Positions 50,166 through 62,599 are shown, counted from the first letter of the whole stretch. The stretch: DNA of 63,642 nucleotides, filler included, from Octopus bimaculoides (GCF_001194135.2; 5 parts of 5 records of this genome joined end to end with filler, not necessarily neighbours in it), one strand, 5' to 3'. Program-made: numbers and translations. Notes: generated by a model not told the origin, from the letters alone.

Positions 50166-50817
50166 GCTGGTTGATAATTTTTTTTTCTTTTGATTTTTTT
50201 GAAAGTACTTTATTTTTGGATGAGACATTGTGCTTTCTTTTCCTTTTATGCAATCTGTCAAATTTAGCAAGAACACCCTATATATACACACATCCACCCA
50301 TCCATCTATCCATCCGTCCATCCATCCATCCATCCATCCATCCATCCATCCATACATACATACATACATACATAATACACACACACACATACATATACAC
50401 GTGCGCGTGTGTGAATGTTGCATTATTCATTACATGACCTTCCATCTGTTGTTTCTGTAATTTCCCTGCATGCTATCGTCTATAATTGTTCACAAGTACA
50501 ATAACAAGCGTGCTTTTACGAAAAACTTCATCTCAGCTTCCATTGTTATATGTTAAGAGATGACAGGTGTGACAAGAATACTGCTAATAAATATATCGTA
50601 TGTTAATTAGGCGCGTATACATAAGGGTCTAATTTGTAAATTTCTCTCGCTTGCTCGCTCACTCTCACTCCCTCAAACATAGATTTTTCACTTTCTTCAT
50701 TGACGGACTACTTTGTTTCTTCATAACTTTCTGAAAATGGATATTTTTTAATGAAATTTTCCACAAATACCTTTTAGATTGTGAAGATTACGATTATATA
50801 GGAACTTGTGAGAAAGT

Positions 50818-50990
50818 GAAGACGCGTTGCCTAGTGGTTAGTGTGTTGCACTCACGATCGTAAGATCGTGGTTTCGATTTTCAGACTGGTTGTGCTTTAT
50901 GTTCTTGAGCCAAATACTTCATTTCAAGTTACTCCAGTCCACTTAACTGTAGATGGATAACCCTACGATGGATTCGCGTGCAAAGGTGAG
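50818..50990 (+). mobile_element. tRNA-derived SINE (family F), diverged
   Basis: gcgttgcctagtggttagtgtgttgcactcacgatcgtaagatcgtggtttcgatt...atgttcttgagccaaatacttcatttc. Confidence 0.65.
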
Positions 50991-50999
50991 ATGGAGACT

Positions 51000-51705
51000 T
51001 GGCTCTTTACAAATCGTTTGTCTTACCGTCCCTGTTGTATTCTTCTGAAACGTGGACGTGTTATGAAAGACATTTCAAATTGCTAGAACAATTCCACCAC
51101 AAACGCCTTCATCGCATTTTAAACATTTAATGGAGTTTTTTTTTTAAACTCCAAGCACAGATGTCCTTGCGTCTGCAGGCATCACTTCAATTAAAGCAAT
51201 GATTCTGAAAAACCAAATGAGATGGTCTGGCCATATAATTCGAATGGCAGATGAATGTACACCCAAACAGCTGTTTTGTGGGGAAACGCTTTCGGTGTAA
51301 ACCTAAAAGGAGGTTTAAGGACATAGAAACCCTTACTTCGGATCAAGCTGGATGGCGAACAAAAGTGTGGAGTGAAAGCGTTTGAAGAGGCCAGGATAAC
51401 GCATGCAAGACTCAAGAGAAATTTAAAGAAGAATGTTACGATCGAAAAGGTGAATCACAATGACTTTTTTGTGTGCACAGTTTGTGACAGACCATGCCTT
51501 TCTTTTGTTGGGCTTAAATTTCATTTGCGGGTCCATGAAAAACGAACTTCCACCATCTATTCTGCCTATATATCTGTGCACACCTTTCAATGCCGTGCAT
51601 GTCATAAGGTCTGTAAATCTAACGTAGGCCTCAAAAGACATTTTAAGATCCACAAAGATCAGAACTTAACTGCAGCTCTTGGTGGTCCAAATCGGATATG
51701 CAAAC
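51000..51705 (+). mobile_element. RTE-clade LINE 3' end with C-terminal C2H2 zinc fingers
   Basis: LYKSFVLPSLLYSSETWT..LEQFHHKRLHRIL..QMRWSGHIIRM..PKQLF; then CTVCDRPCLSFVGLKFHLRVH and CRACHKVCKSNVGLKRHFKIH. Confidence 0.85.
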
Positions 51706-51836
51706 TATGAGGGTGTCTTTTCAATACATTGTCTGGTTCAAAAAGCNNNNNNNNNNNNNNNNNNNNNNNNNNNNNNNNNNNNNNNNNNNNNNNNNNNNNN
51801 NNNNNNNNNNNNNNNNNNNNNNNNNNNNNNNNNNNN

Positions 51837-51904
<68 letters not shown>

Positions 51905-51910
51905 CACCAT

Positions 51911-52104
51911 CGCCGGATAAAATGCCTAGCGGTATTTCGTCCGTCTTTACGTTCTGAGTTCAAATTCTGCCAAATCAACTTTGCTTTTCATCCTTTCAGG
52001 GTCGATGAAAATAAATACCAGTCAAGTATTAGTAACGGTTACATCGACTAGCCCTCTAACCCCTTTTGCCAAAGTGTCAAGCCTTGTGCTTACAGTAGAA
52101 AAGA
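51911..52104 (+). mobile_element. SINE family A copy
   Basis: cctagcggtatttcgtccgtctttacgttctgagttcaaattc...ctttgcttttcatcctttcagggtcgatg. Confidence 0.85.
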
Positions 52105-53076
52105 TTATAATTTATCTCACTTTTGTATATCACATGAACATTAAATATTTTTGATTTTTACAATGTCAGTAGCGTACTGTGGATATCGGGTACAACAAAA
52201 CTTATTGAACGTTATATTATTTTAACCTTGAAAATCGTTTTAGATAAATGTTATGTTTACAGTAGACATAGTATGGTTGAATGGTTAAGAACCTTGCTAC
52301 GCAACCACGAGGCCCTGTATTTGATCCCGCTGCTTGGCAATTTGGTCACGTCGTTTATCTTTAACTTCTATATTTTGTGAGTGAAACTGCGTCGACGAAA
52401 ACAAAACCGAGTAGAAGCCTATTGCGTTAATTGTATTTATAATTTTAAAAAATACAGTCTTGTCACGCTGATTCTGCTTGAGAGCTACTTTAAGGGTCAA
52501 CGTATCTATCGAATTCCCACCTACTTACACGTTAATTCAGGAGAGGGTAATTTAGTTGATCGAATAGCAGAATCCTGCTCGTCAGACGACGGAGATCCAC
52601 CACCACCACAACCATACGTTTACTTGAACATATACTGTATGAGGTGCAGAATGTGTGAAATAGATTCAAAACAATCAGGTTGACTCTAAATTAACTATAA
52701 CATTAAAAATAACACTAAAATAACAACCAAGCTCTTTAATGTTGTCTCGACGATGGTGTATATAGGTTATTGTAGTCGTTTTTTTTTTAGGTGTCCCAAT
52801 CATGTCTGGCTACATGCTGTTGTCTAACAAATTCATTTTCAAGGGGAAATGCTATGCGCTGCTTAGTTTCTCAATTCGGTTTGAGTAACGAGATCCTAAT
52901 TGAAGCTATACGAAATTATAATTCATGAACATTTATTGATAATATTTAGTGAGTATGAATATGGCTCCAACCGATATTCGTATCGTGTCCGACATAAAAG
53001 TCTATAAAAAAATATATACTTCTATTCATTGGTTCGCCTCGACATTATTAACAATTAAGTTGATTGCGAGAATAAA

Positions 53077-53289
53077 AAGCGATGAGTTGGCAGAATCGTT
53101 TGCACAACAGAAAAAATACTTGAGCGGCATTTCTTCCGACATTACGTTCTGAGTTCAAATGCCGTCGAGGTGGACTTTGCCTTTCATCCTTCGAGGTCGA
53201 TAAAAATATATCAGTCAAGTACTAGGGGCAATGTAATCGACTGACCCCCTTCTCCGAAATTCAAAACCTTCTGTCAATATTAGAAAGAA
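53077..53289 (+). mobile_element. SINE family A copy
   Basis: gagttggcagaatcgtt...acgttctgagttcaaatgccgtcgaggtggactttgcctttcatccttcgaggtcgataaaa. Confidence 0.85.
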
Positions 53290-53483
53290 TAAAAAACGAT
53301 GACTGCGTGAATGAAATTGTTTTCTCACACCATCCATTCTGTGAATTCTTAAAATGAGTTCGTAGATGGCGAAATGGATTGGACACCGGCGGTTAACATT
53401 ACTGATATTATATTGTATCCAAGGCCAAGACAGCTGTCAATAGCAGTGTCATCCTTACGATTAATAAGTTCTATGAATGGTAC

Positions 53484-54008
53484 TGTAGCAGTGATTCGAA
53501 ACCTAACCGCCAAGTAACAGGTCAGACACCACGATCGAACCACAATAGTCTCACATGATCGGTCTATTAAGCAGTTAATCAGCATGAAGCTGTCACGTAA
53601 ATCAATCTTCTAGAATTTCCTTCTTGTACAATACAAAAGTGCCGCTTTTGACGCCTGTATTCTTTACAGAATCTCAAAGCATCTGAGCAACATGTGTCTC
53701 CATTCTTGCCATCCGACGATTCCAGACATTTGCACAGGCAACTCCAGGTTCTTGGTCAGACTGAGCTAAACATTTCTCATAAATTACTTCTTCGAATACG
53801 GCACAGTTTTTCCCTTCTTTTCTAGTTTGTAATTATTGCTGTTTTTAATTGTAAATGGCCAGCACAGTTGCAACAATAAATGTTTGTTAAATGTTCGAGG
53901 GTGTTGTTCAGTTACTTCTTCGCGCAGTAAAGAAACCTATTTTCATCCATTAATTCCAGTAGCTACCACAGTTACATCGACGAATCCACCATAACACAAG
54001 TCGTGACA
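53484..54008 (+). mobile_element. LTR of a related family (solo or 5' LTR)
   Basis: Starts TGTAGCAGTGATTCGAAACC and shares blocks with 45163-45705 (accacaatagtctcacatgatcggtctattaa; gttgttcagttacttct; AATAAA). PBS-like TGGTGAC at 54011-54017. Confidence 0.6.
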
Positions 54009-54350
54009 TCTGGTGACATAGTCAATAACACCACAGTGTAATTTCACTGCTGTAAACAGCGATAACATTGGAATTGTTATTTGCAGAATTAATTTCAATA
54101 CCTTCTACCAGACAAAACTAATGCTATCTACAATTGAAAAGCATCTTATCTAAAGACAAATAATTTTAACTTTCAATAGCTTAATACTTCAGAATTAGAA
54201 TGTAAGCTCCAGTACTTTGTATCCATTTGATTTTAATAAAGGTCTATCTTTTGGCTTGAGCTTCAAGTTAATCTTTAACAGGAAACACAGCTTACTGTCT
54301 ATAGACATCTTTGTAGGTTTAAGAAATAAAACACCACCAGTATCTTTACT

Positions 54351-54460
54351 GTGGAGGCGCAATGGCCCAGTGGTTAGGACAGCGGACTCGCGGTCGGAGG
54401 ATCGCGGTTTCGATTCCCAGACTGGGCATTGTGTATGTTTATTGAGCGAAAACACCTAAA
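54351..54460 (+). mobile_element. SINE family B head (runs into a gap)
   Basis: gtggaggcgcaatggcccagtggttaggacagcggactcgcgg...gtttcgattcccagactggg. Confidence 0.9.
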
Positions 54461-54579
54461 NNNNNNNNNNNNNNNNNNNNNNNNNNNNNNNNNNNNNNNN
54501 NNNNTTAATTAATTAANNNNNNNNNNNNNNNNNNNNNNNNNNNNNNNNNNNNNNNNNNNNATATATATATATATATATA

Positions 54580-54725
54580 GGCGCAGGCGTGGCTGTGTGG
54601 TAAATAGCTTGGTTCCCAACCACATGGTTCCAGTTTCAGTTCGACTGCGTGACAGCTTCGGCTAGTGTCTTCTAATATAGCCTCGGGCCGACCAAAGCCT
54701 TGTGAGTGGATTTGTTAGATAGAAA
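54580..54725 (+). mobile_element. SINE family C head
   Basis: ggcgcaggcgtggctgtgtggtaaatagcttggttcccaaccacatggttcc...gggccgaccaaagccttgtgagtggattt. Confidence 0.85.
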
Positions 54726-54750
54726 TGGATAGATCGCGAGTGACTGAGAG

Positions 54751-54798
<48 letters not shown>

Positions 54799-55683
54799 TA
54801 GATAGATAAATAGTCAGAGAGTATATAGACAGACAGACAGACAAACGGAAAGGCAGAAAGACCGATAGATAGAGAGAGAAAGTGTGAAACAGTGAATATC
54901 GTCGCACAATCAAGAAATTTGAATGCTTGTAAAACATAAATAAATAGAATTAAAACATACAACAGCTCTCTAATATGAATCTGTCTTCAATCCACCCCAT
55001 AATGTTTAACAGTGCATGAATCTAGGATTAACATGAAAGCCAGGCGCCATATTTCGGATGAATCTCACGCCATATATCTCTATTTTCCTTCGCGAATTTC
55101 TGCACAAATTTTTTTTTTCAAATATTTGCTCTCTTTCCATCAGCCAATATACTTTGCTTTTTCCCTCTTATTCAAACTCATTATCTTTCGTTCTCCTTTT
55201 TTTTTTCTCTCTCTTCCTCTCTGGTTCTCTCCTAATAAAATTTTTGCTTCCCTCTTTTTACACGAGTCTGGTTTAAATAAACAAACCACGGGTGAATTAA
55301 CACAATGTTTATAGTTCTATTGTTTCTCATATCTTACGTAGACATATTTCATGTTTGGACTTTTTTTAAAATTCTTTCCTTTCCTTTCCTATGAAGTTGA
55401 TTTATTTTTGATTCTGTTTTCGACATAGATTGTTTATATTAAAACATTATAAAAACATATACCTACTCCTATGCGCACGTACATTCAGACACACATGCAC
55501 ACAAACATATACCCATGTAAGTGTGTGTGTTTGTTTGCATACGTAGAAATAAAAATGGGAAAGAGTATGAGCACAAAAATAACATGTTATGAGGTATATT
55601 TAGTCCCTTTTGCGACATAAAATTTCAGAAATAACAATTCCGTACAACCGCAGACATATAGATTGCTAAATATAAATCTTTTA

Positions 55684-55787
55684 TAAGGCGGCGAGCTGGC
55701 AGAAACGTTAGCACGCCGGGCGAAATGCTTAGCAATATTTCGTCTGTCTTTACGTTCTTAGTTCAAATTCCACCGAGGTCAACTTTG
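55684..55787 (+). mobile_element. SINE family A, head only
   Basis: taaggcggcgagctggcagaaacgttagcacgccgggcgaaatgcttagc...gttcaaattccaccgaggtcaacttt, then broken by (TA)n. Confidence 0.85.
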
Positions 55788-56794
55788 TACCATATATATA
55801 TATATACACGTTGGAAGTCGTTCTTGGTCATTTCATCTCGTGTTTTCCACCTTGTATGGTATTAAGCAACTAGCACTACCGATAACATTTGGTGCAATGT
55901 ACCAGCGCAGTTTATTACCTATGTCAACATTTCTGTATATGGCCAAATTCAATTCTCAATTCAAGTTAAATAAGTAAATTACCTTACACATCCATAAGGA
56001 GTCTGCTATAGATCTTTGTGGAAGAATTTTTGCTATTNNNNNNNNNNNNNNNNNNNNNNNNNNNNNNNNNNNNNNNNNNNNNNNNNNNNNNNNNNNNNNN
56101 NNNNNNNNNNNNNNNNNNNNNNNNNNNNNNNNNNNNNNNNNNNNNNNNNNNNNNNNNNNNNNNNNNNNNNNNNNNNNNNNNNNNNNNNNNNNNNNNNNNN
56201 NNNNNNNNNNNNNNNNNNNNNNNNNNNNNNNNNNNNNNNNNNNNNNNNNNNNNNNNNNNNNNNNNNNNNNNNNNNNNNNNNNNNNNNNNNNNNNNNNNNN
56301 NNNNNNNNNNNNNNNNNNNNNNNNNNNNNNNNNNNNNNNNNNNNNNNNNNNNNNNNNNNNNNNNNNNNNNNNNNNNNNNNNNNNNNNNNNNNNNNNNNNN
56401 NNNNNNNNNNNNNNNNNNNNNNNNNATATATGCTCGCTTTTAGCGATTGTAGTATGATTTGACCTCGCGCTCAGCAGATTCCGTGACTAGTTCATTCAAT
56501 TTCCGAACTGCAGCATATTAAAACGTTTATAACCTCATCGCTAATAACAAAGAATAGCCGAAAGCAGTATTTAAAAAGACTGCTATATTTACACGACTAC
56601 AACTTTTTATAATTCTTAGAGCAGCATCTCATTAGTTTTTTTTTTTTTTTTCCTTATCTATTTCTTCGTTTATTTGTAATTCTCACCGCACGAAGTGGTT
56701 GCTTCAGGCATGCTCTATCGCTGGCCGCTTGCTGCCTTTTTGAATGTGACTATGTATAAAAACATAAAGAAATACGTATCTGTCTACGGAGTAC

Positions 56795-57140
56795 AACTGT
56801 GGGGTTAAAAAGAGCGCTTTGCAGCCACGTGGTTTCGGGTTCAGTTCCGCTACTCGGTACGCTGAGCAAGTGTCTTCTTCCAAAGTTCTAGGCTGAGCAA
56901 TGCCTTGTGAATGAATTTGGAAACCCGTCATGCATACATTTACGTGTATGTGTGCACGTGTGTTTTCTGTTTGTTTTTTCGTCCCACAACCACTTGACAA
57001 CCAGTGCTGGTTTGTTTACGTCCCTGTAACTTATCTCATCAGTAAAATAAAAAACCCAAAAAACAATTGGATAAGCACCAAACTTAATAAATTAGTACAA
57101 GCATTGATCCGTTCAACTAAACGTATCAAGGTAGTGTCCC
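56795..57140 (+). mobile_element. SINE family C, diverged
   Basis: gcagccacgtggtttcgggttcagttcc...gagcaagtgtcttct...ttgacaaccagtgctggtttgtttacgtccc. Confidence 0.75.
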
Positions 57141-57199
57141 GGTATCCGCGGAATCCGTGCTGGCAGAATCGCTAGCACGCTGGACAAAATATTAATGTT

Positions 57200-58204
57200 G
57201 GCGATGGCGGTGGTCGTCGTCATGGTTGTTGTTGTGGTGGTGGTGGTGGGGTGGTAGTGTTGTTGTTGGTGGTGGTGGTAGTGTTGGTGGTGGTAGTGTG
57301 GGCGGTGGTGGTGGTGGGGTGGTAGTGTTGTTGTTGGTGGTGGTGGTAGTGTTGGTGGTGGTAGTGTGNNNNNNNNNNNNNNNNNNNNNNNNNNNNNNNN
57401 NNNNNNNNNNNNNNNNNNNNNNNNNNNNNNNNNNNNNNNNNNNNNNNNNNNNNNNNNNNNNNNNNNNNNNNNNNNNNNNNNNNNNNNNNNNNNNNNNNNN
57501 NNNNNNNNNNNNNNNNNNNNNNNNNNNNNNNNNNNNNNNNNNNNNNNNNNNNNNNNNNNNNNNNNNNNNNNNNNNNNNNNNNNNNNNNNNNNNNNNNNNN
57601 NNNNNNNNNNNNNNNNNNNNNNNNNNNNNNNNNNNNNNNNNNNNNNNNNNNNNNNNNNNNNNNNNNNNNNNNNNNNNNNNNNNNNNNNNNNNNNNNNNNN
57701 NNNNNNNNNNNNNNNNNNNNNNNNNNNNNNNNNNNNNNNNNNNNNNNNNNNNNNNNNNNNNNNNNNNNNNNNNNNNNNNNNNNNNNNNNNNNNNNNNNNN
57801 NNNNNNNNNNNNNNNNNNNNNNNNNNNNNNNNNNNNNNNNNNNNNNNNNNNNNNNNNNNNNNNNNNNNNNNNNNNNNNNNNNNNNNNNNNNNNNNNNNNN
57901 NNNNNNNNNNNNNNNNNNNNNNNNNNNNNNNNNNNNNNNNNNNNNNNNNNNNNNNNNNNNNNNNNNNNNNNNNNNNNNNNNNNNNNNNNNNNNNNNNNNN
58001 NNNNNNNNNNNNNNNNNNNNNNNNNNNNNNNNNNNNNNNNNNNNNNNNNNNNNNNNNNNNNNNNNNNNNNNNNNNNNNNNNNNNNNNNNNNNNNNNNNNN
58101 NNTGATAATGAAAAAGAAGAGGGCACAAGAAGAAGAAGAAGAAGAGGAGGAGGAGGAGGAGGAGGAGGAAAGAGAATACGAAGAAGAAGCAGCAGCGGCA
58201 GCGA

Positions 58205-58246
<42 letters not shown>

Positions 58247-58330
58247 CAGCAGCAGTAGTAGTAGTAGTAGCAGCAGCAGTAGTAGTAGCAGAATAATAAT
58301 AATAATAAGAAGAAGAAGAAGAAAACGAAG
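57200..58330. repeat. Compound trinucleotide microsatellite field (GGT/GTT/AGG/GAA/TAG) around a gap
   Basis: Direct reading; the poly-X ORFs in the track come from this region. Confidence 0.9.
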
Positions 58331-58559
58331 CTGGCCAGGTAGAAGATAAGAATATAAATGAAATAAAGGTAGGGAGGTGATGGTCGGAGGAATATTTTTG
58401 AGATGTGGGCGATTTGAGTGATGAAATATTGAGGTAAGGTGGCCATGTTAGTTGTGGGTTTTGTCTATATTTAGACCTGTTTCGAAGAATCAGATGCATG
58501 TGAATAATGCGTAGAGTCTAGCAGACAGGCAATATGCAACAATGCAAAAGAAATATGCA

Positions 58560-58809
58560 TGAACCCTGCTGTACCCTTCCACCACAACTTTCTCTCACTC
58601 TTACTTCCTGTTTCTGTTGTGCCTGTATTTCAAAGGGTCAGCCTTGTCACACTGTGTCAAGCTGAATGTCCCCTGAGAACTACGTTAAGGGGTACACGTG
58701 TCTGTGGAGTGCTCAGCCATTTGCACGTTAATTTCACGAGCAGGCTGTTCCGTTGATCGGATCAACTAGAACCCTCGACGTCGTAAGCGACGGAGTACCA
58801 ACCAACAAC
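58560..58809 (+). mobile_element. SINE family B, 3' two-thirds
   Basis: gaaccctgctgtacc...gtcgtaagcgacggagtaccaaccaacaac. Confidence 0.9.
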
Positions 58810-59301
58810 AACTCCTCGACATATGAATTTTACTTACTCCATTTCCTAAATTCGGATTATATACATATATGTGTGTGCATGTGTGGGTGTCTGTCTGTAT
58901 GTATGCNNNNNNNNNNNNNNNNNNNNNNNNNNNNNNNNNNNNNNNNNNNNNNNNNNNNNNNNNNNNNNNNNNNNNNNNNNNNNNNNNNNNNNNNNNNNNN
59001 NNNNNNNNNNNNNNNNNNNNNNNNNNNNNNNNNNNNNNNNNNNNNNNNNNNNNNNNNNNNNNNNNNNNNNNNNNNNNNNNNNNNNNNNNNNNNNNNNNNN
59101 NNNNNNNNNNNNNNNNNNNNNNNNNNNNNNNNNNNNNNNNNNNNNNNNNNNNNNNNNNNNNNNNNNNNNNNNNNNNNNNNNNNNNNNNNNNNNNNNNNNN
59201 NNNNNNNNNNNNNNNNNNNNNNNNNNNNNNNNNNNNNNNNNNNNNNNNNNNNNNNNNNNNNNNNNNNNNNNNNNNNNNNNNNNNNNNNNNNNNNNNNNNN
59301 N

Positions 59302-59610
59302 TAACGTGCAAGTGGCTGAGCACTCCACAGACACATGTACCCTTAACGTAGTTCTCGGGGATATTCAGCATGACACAGTGTGACAAGGCTGACCCATTGA
59401 ATTACAGGTACAACAGAAACAGGATGAAAGAGTGAGAGAAAGCTGTGGTGAAAGAGTACAGCAGGGTTCGCCACCATCCCCTGCCGGAGCCTCGTGGAGC
59501 TTTAGGTGTTCTCGCTCAATAAACACTCACAATGCCCGGTCTGGGAATCGAAACCGCGATCCTATGACCGCGAGTCCGCTGCCCTAACCACTGGGCCATT
59601 GCGCCTCCAC
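59302..59610 (-). mobile_element. SINE family B, 5' four-fifths
   Basis: taacgtgcaagtggctgagcactccacag...ccattgcgcctccac. Confidence 0.9.
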
Positions 59611-61785
59611 GCTGTCTCAAAATATCTAATGATTATTCGACTTACGAGATACGTTATTGGTACGCATGTCTCTCAACCACTCGGCAGTTTGGGTGTTAAT
59701 GTCATGAACAGGAATCTAGTGAGTTGATAAAGAGAATACTCAATCGAAACAGAGGGGAAGTACGTACGTGTATTCAAATGAATATGCGTCTACACAGACA
59801 CACAGACAGACACACACGCACACACACACACACGTATACACTAACACACACTCACATACACAAAAATGCACATATATGCCTAGACATATAATTATATGTG
59901 TCCATGTGTGTGTGAGTGTTTGTGCGTGTGTATGCGTGATGTATGTGTGGATATATTTATCCACTTATATTTTGCTTGTTTCAGTCGTTAGACTACAATC
60001 ATGCTTCGGTTAGTTGTGTGTAGGCATATATTATATATATATATATATATATAAATATATAAATATATATATATATATATATANNNNNNNNNNNNNNNNN
60101 NNNNNNNNNNNNNNNNNNNNNNNNNNNTTAATTAATTAANNNNNNNNNNNNNNNNNNNNNNNNNNNNNNNNNNNNNNNNNNNNTCCTAATTTGTGATTTG
60201 TGTGCTTACAACAAATTTCGCAAATTCACAACGTTTCCTCTATACAAATTCAAAGACAATGCTAGCCAAAATGAACGCATTAGCAAAGAAATATCTTTTA
60301 TAAGAAGATACCGACCAAGTCTAAATTCTCTAAACTAGCAACACTGAGACTTTCATATATATTTTTATATTTTTTTCGTGGATTTGCAAGTTATTCATAA
60401 AAAATAAACAAGGGGGATCGAAGAACCCGATTTCTATTAAAACCATAGGGGGAACAACTTCACCACGACGACTCCCACTGCTACTACTACTACTATTGTT
60501 ATTATCATGACTGCTGCTAGTTATTGGACAGCTACAACCACTCCTAAAACTCTTGACCACTATTTAATTTACTAAAACAGATAGTCGTGATCTACTACTA
60601 ACACAACAAGTTGGAATTACTAAGTTTTCAGAACTCAATGAAAGGACCACGTGCGCATGCAAAAAATAACAGTAAACTATGAATGCATTCTTAATTTTAA
60701 TTTCAATTTTATTTTATTAATAGCCCTTTTCTCTTCTCACATATTCTATATTCATTTTTGATAAGGTTTTTCAAAAAAAAAAACGAAACAAAAATCAATT
60801 AAAACACCCCAAAAATGTTTTAAAAAAGTNNNNNNNNNNNNNNNNNNNNNNNNNNNNNNNNNNNNNNNNNNNNNNNNNNNNNNNNNNNNNNNNNNNNNNN
60901 NNNNNNNNNNNNNNNNNNNNNNNNNNNNNNNNNNNNNNNNNNNNNNNNNNNNNNNNNNNNNNNNNNNNNNNNNNNNNNNNNNNNNNNNNNNNNNNNNNNN
61001 NNNNNNNNNNNNNNNNNNNNNNNNNNNNNNNNNNNNNNNNNNNNNNNNNNNNNNNNNNNNNNNNNNNNNNNNNNNNNNNNNNNNNNNNNNNNNNNNNNNN
61101 NNNNNNNNNNNNNNNNNNNNNNNNNNNNNNNNNNNNNNNNNNNNNNNNNNNNNNNNNNNNNNNNNNNNNNNNNNNNNNNNNNNNNNNNNNNNNNNNNNNN
61201 NNNNNNNNNNNNNNNNNNNNNNNNNNNNNNNNNNNNNNNNNNNNNNNNNNNNNNNNNNNNNNNNNNNNNNNNNNNNNNNNNNNNNNNNNNNNNNNNNNNN
61301 NNNNNNNNNNNNNNNNNNNNNNNNNNNNNNNNNNNNNNNNNNNNNNNNNNNNNNNNNNNNNNNNNNNNNNNNNNNNNNNNNNNNNNNNNNNNNNNNNNNN
61401 NNNNNNNNNNNNNNNNNNNNNNNNNNNNNNNNNNNNNNNNNNNNNNNNNNNNNNNNNNNNNNNNNNNNNNNNNNNNNNNNNNNNNNNNNNNNNNNNNNNN
61501 NNNNNNNNNNNNNNNNNNNNNNNNNNNNNNNNNNNNNNNNNNNNNNNNNNNNNNNNNNNNNNNNNNNNNNNNNNNNNNNNNNNNNNNNNNNNNNNNNNNN
61601 NNNNNNNNNNNNNNNNNNNNNNNNNNNNNNNNNNNNNATGTGTAAATAAAAACATACAAGCATCCGTATATCCAGATAAAAATTATGTATATTTATATAT
61701 TTATATATAGAGAGAGGAAATCACATATAAATCTATAAATACATGTGTGTGCGCGCGTGTATGTGTATGTGCACGTGTGTGTCTA

Positions 61786-61834
<49 letters not shown>

Positions 61835-61982
61835 ACATCCTATTAATAATTTATATTAATAGAGTACTTCGGTATTTTATAGAATGTCTATATTTTATAG
61901 ACATTGTAAAATGCAATACGCAATATATTGAAATCTGTGATGCCCAGATACATGTAGGTGTATAGCAAGTAAATATATACAT

Positions 61983-62072
<90 letters not shown>

Positions 62073-62599
62073 GTTAGCTGGGTTAGAGGTTAAAATAACC
62101 GTCTAAGGGATAGAAGTATCCATTACACAACCGGTGTATGACCCATGTTTAACCATAGGCATGCATATGCAGGCATATCATGCTCATAAATTATTGGTAA
62201 AGACAAGGATAAACATGAGTTTATTAAGAATCAAAATTTAAAGAAGACAGAAAACGGAGAAATATTGATGAACAACAATTGACTCACATCAATGATTATT
62301 TATTAATTCAATACAAATAGACAGCATCCAGTCTAACATCTGTTTCTGCTTCCAATGTTGTATGGCATGCATTGCTATTGATATTGTAAAAATATTTATC
62401 ATATTCGGTAATAAAACCGATCTGAAACCTGGAGCTTCATCTGAGTGAAGAATAAAGGGGTTGGAGAAGAAAAAGGAACAAAGCTGAATATGGTTGCAAT
62501 CCAACCATTTTGCTTGTGTATCCCTTTGAGACGTAAAGTAAATGACTAAACCAAAAATAGCAATTGGTGGATTAATCCTTTGTACGATGGGGATTGGAT

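Noticed and set aside
52560-52596. Minus-strand CTGACGA-GCAG-GATT-CTGC
   Set aside because: Good stem II but no GAAA follows, so it is not a hammerhead.
45163-54008. DIRS-like element with inverted terminal repeats
   Set aside because: The enclosed pol has a DDE integrase rather than a tyrosine recombinase, and the two LTRs are too diverged to be one element's ends.
20577-60183. Recurrent TTAATTAATTAA islands
   Set aside because: Always 44N+12+44N with stops in six frames; this is a scaffolding spacer, not biology.
516-61663. Long ORFs in the track made of X runs or homopolymeric tracts (poly-T, V, Y, YI, ER, CV, LSIY)
   Set aside because: They are read-through of N gaps and microsatellites, not genes.
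62289-62448. Minus-strand acceptor (cttcactcag) followed by DEAPGFRSVLLPN...
   Set aside because: No recognisable domain and no convincing donor; it more likely lies in the 3' UTR or downstream region of the chitin-binding gene.
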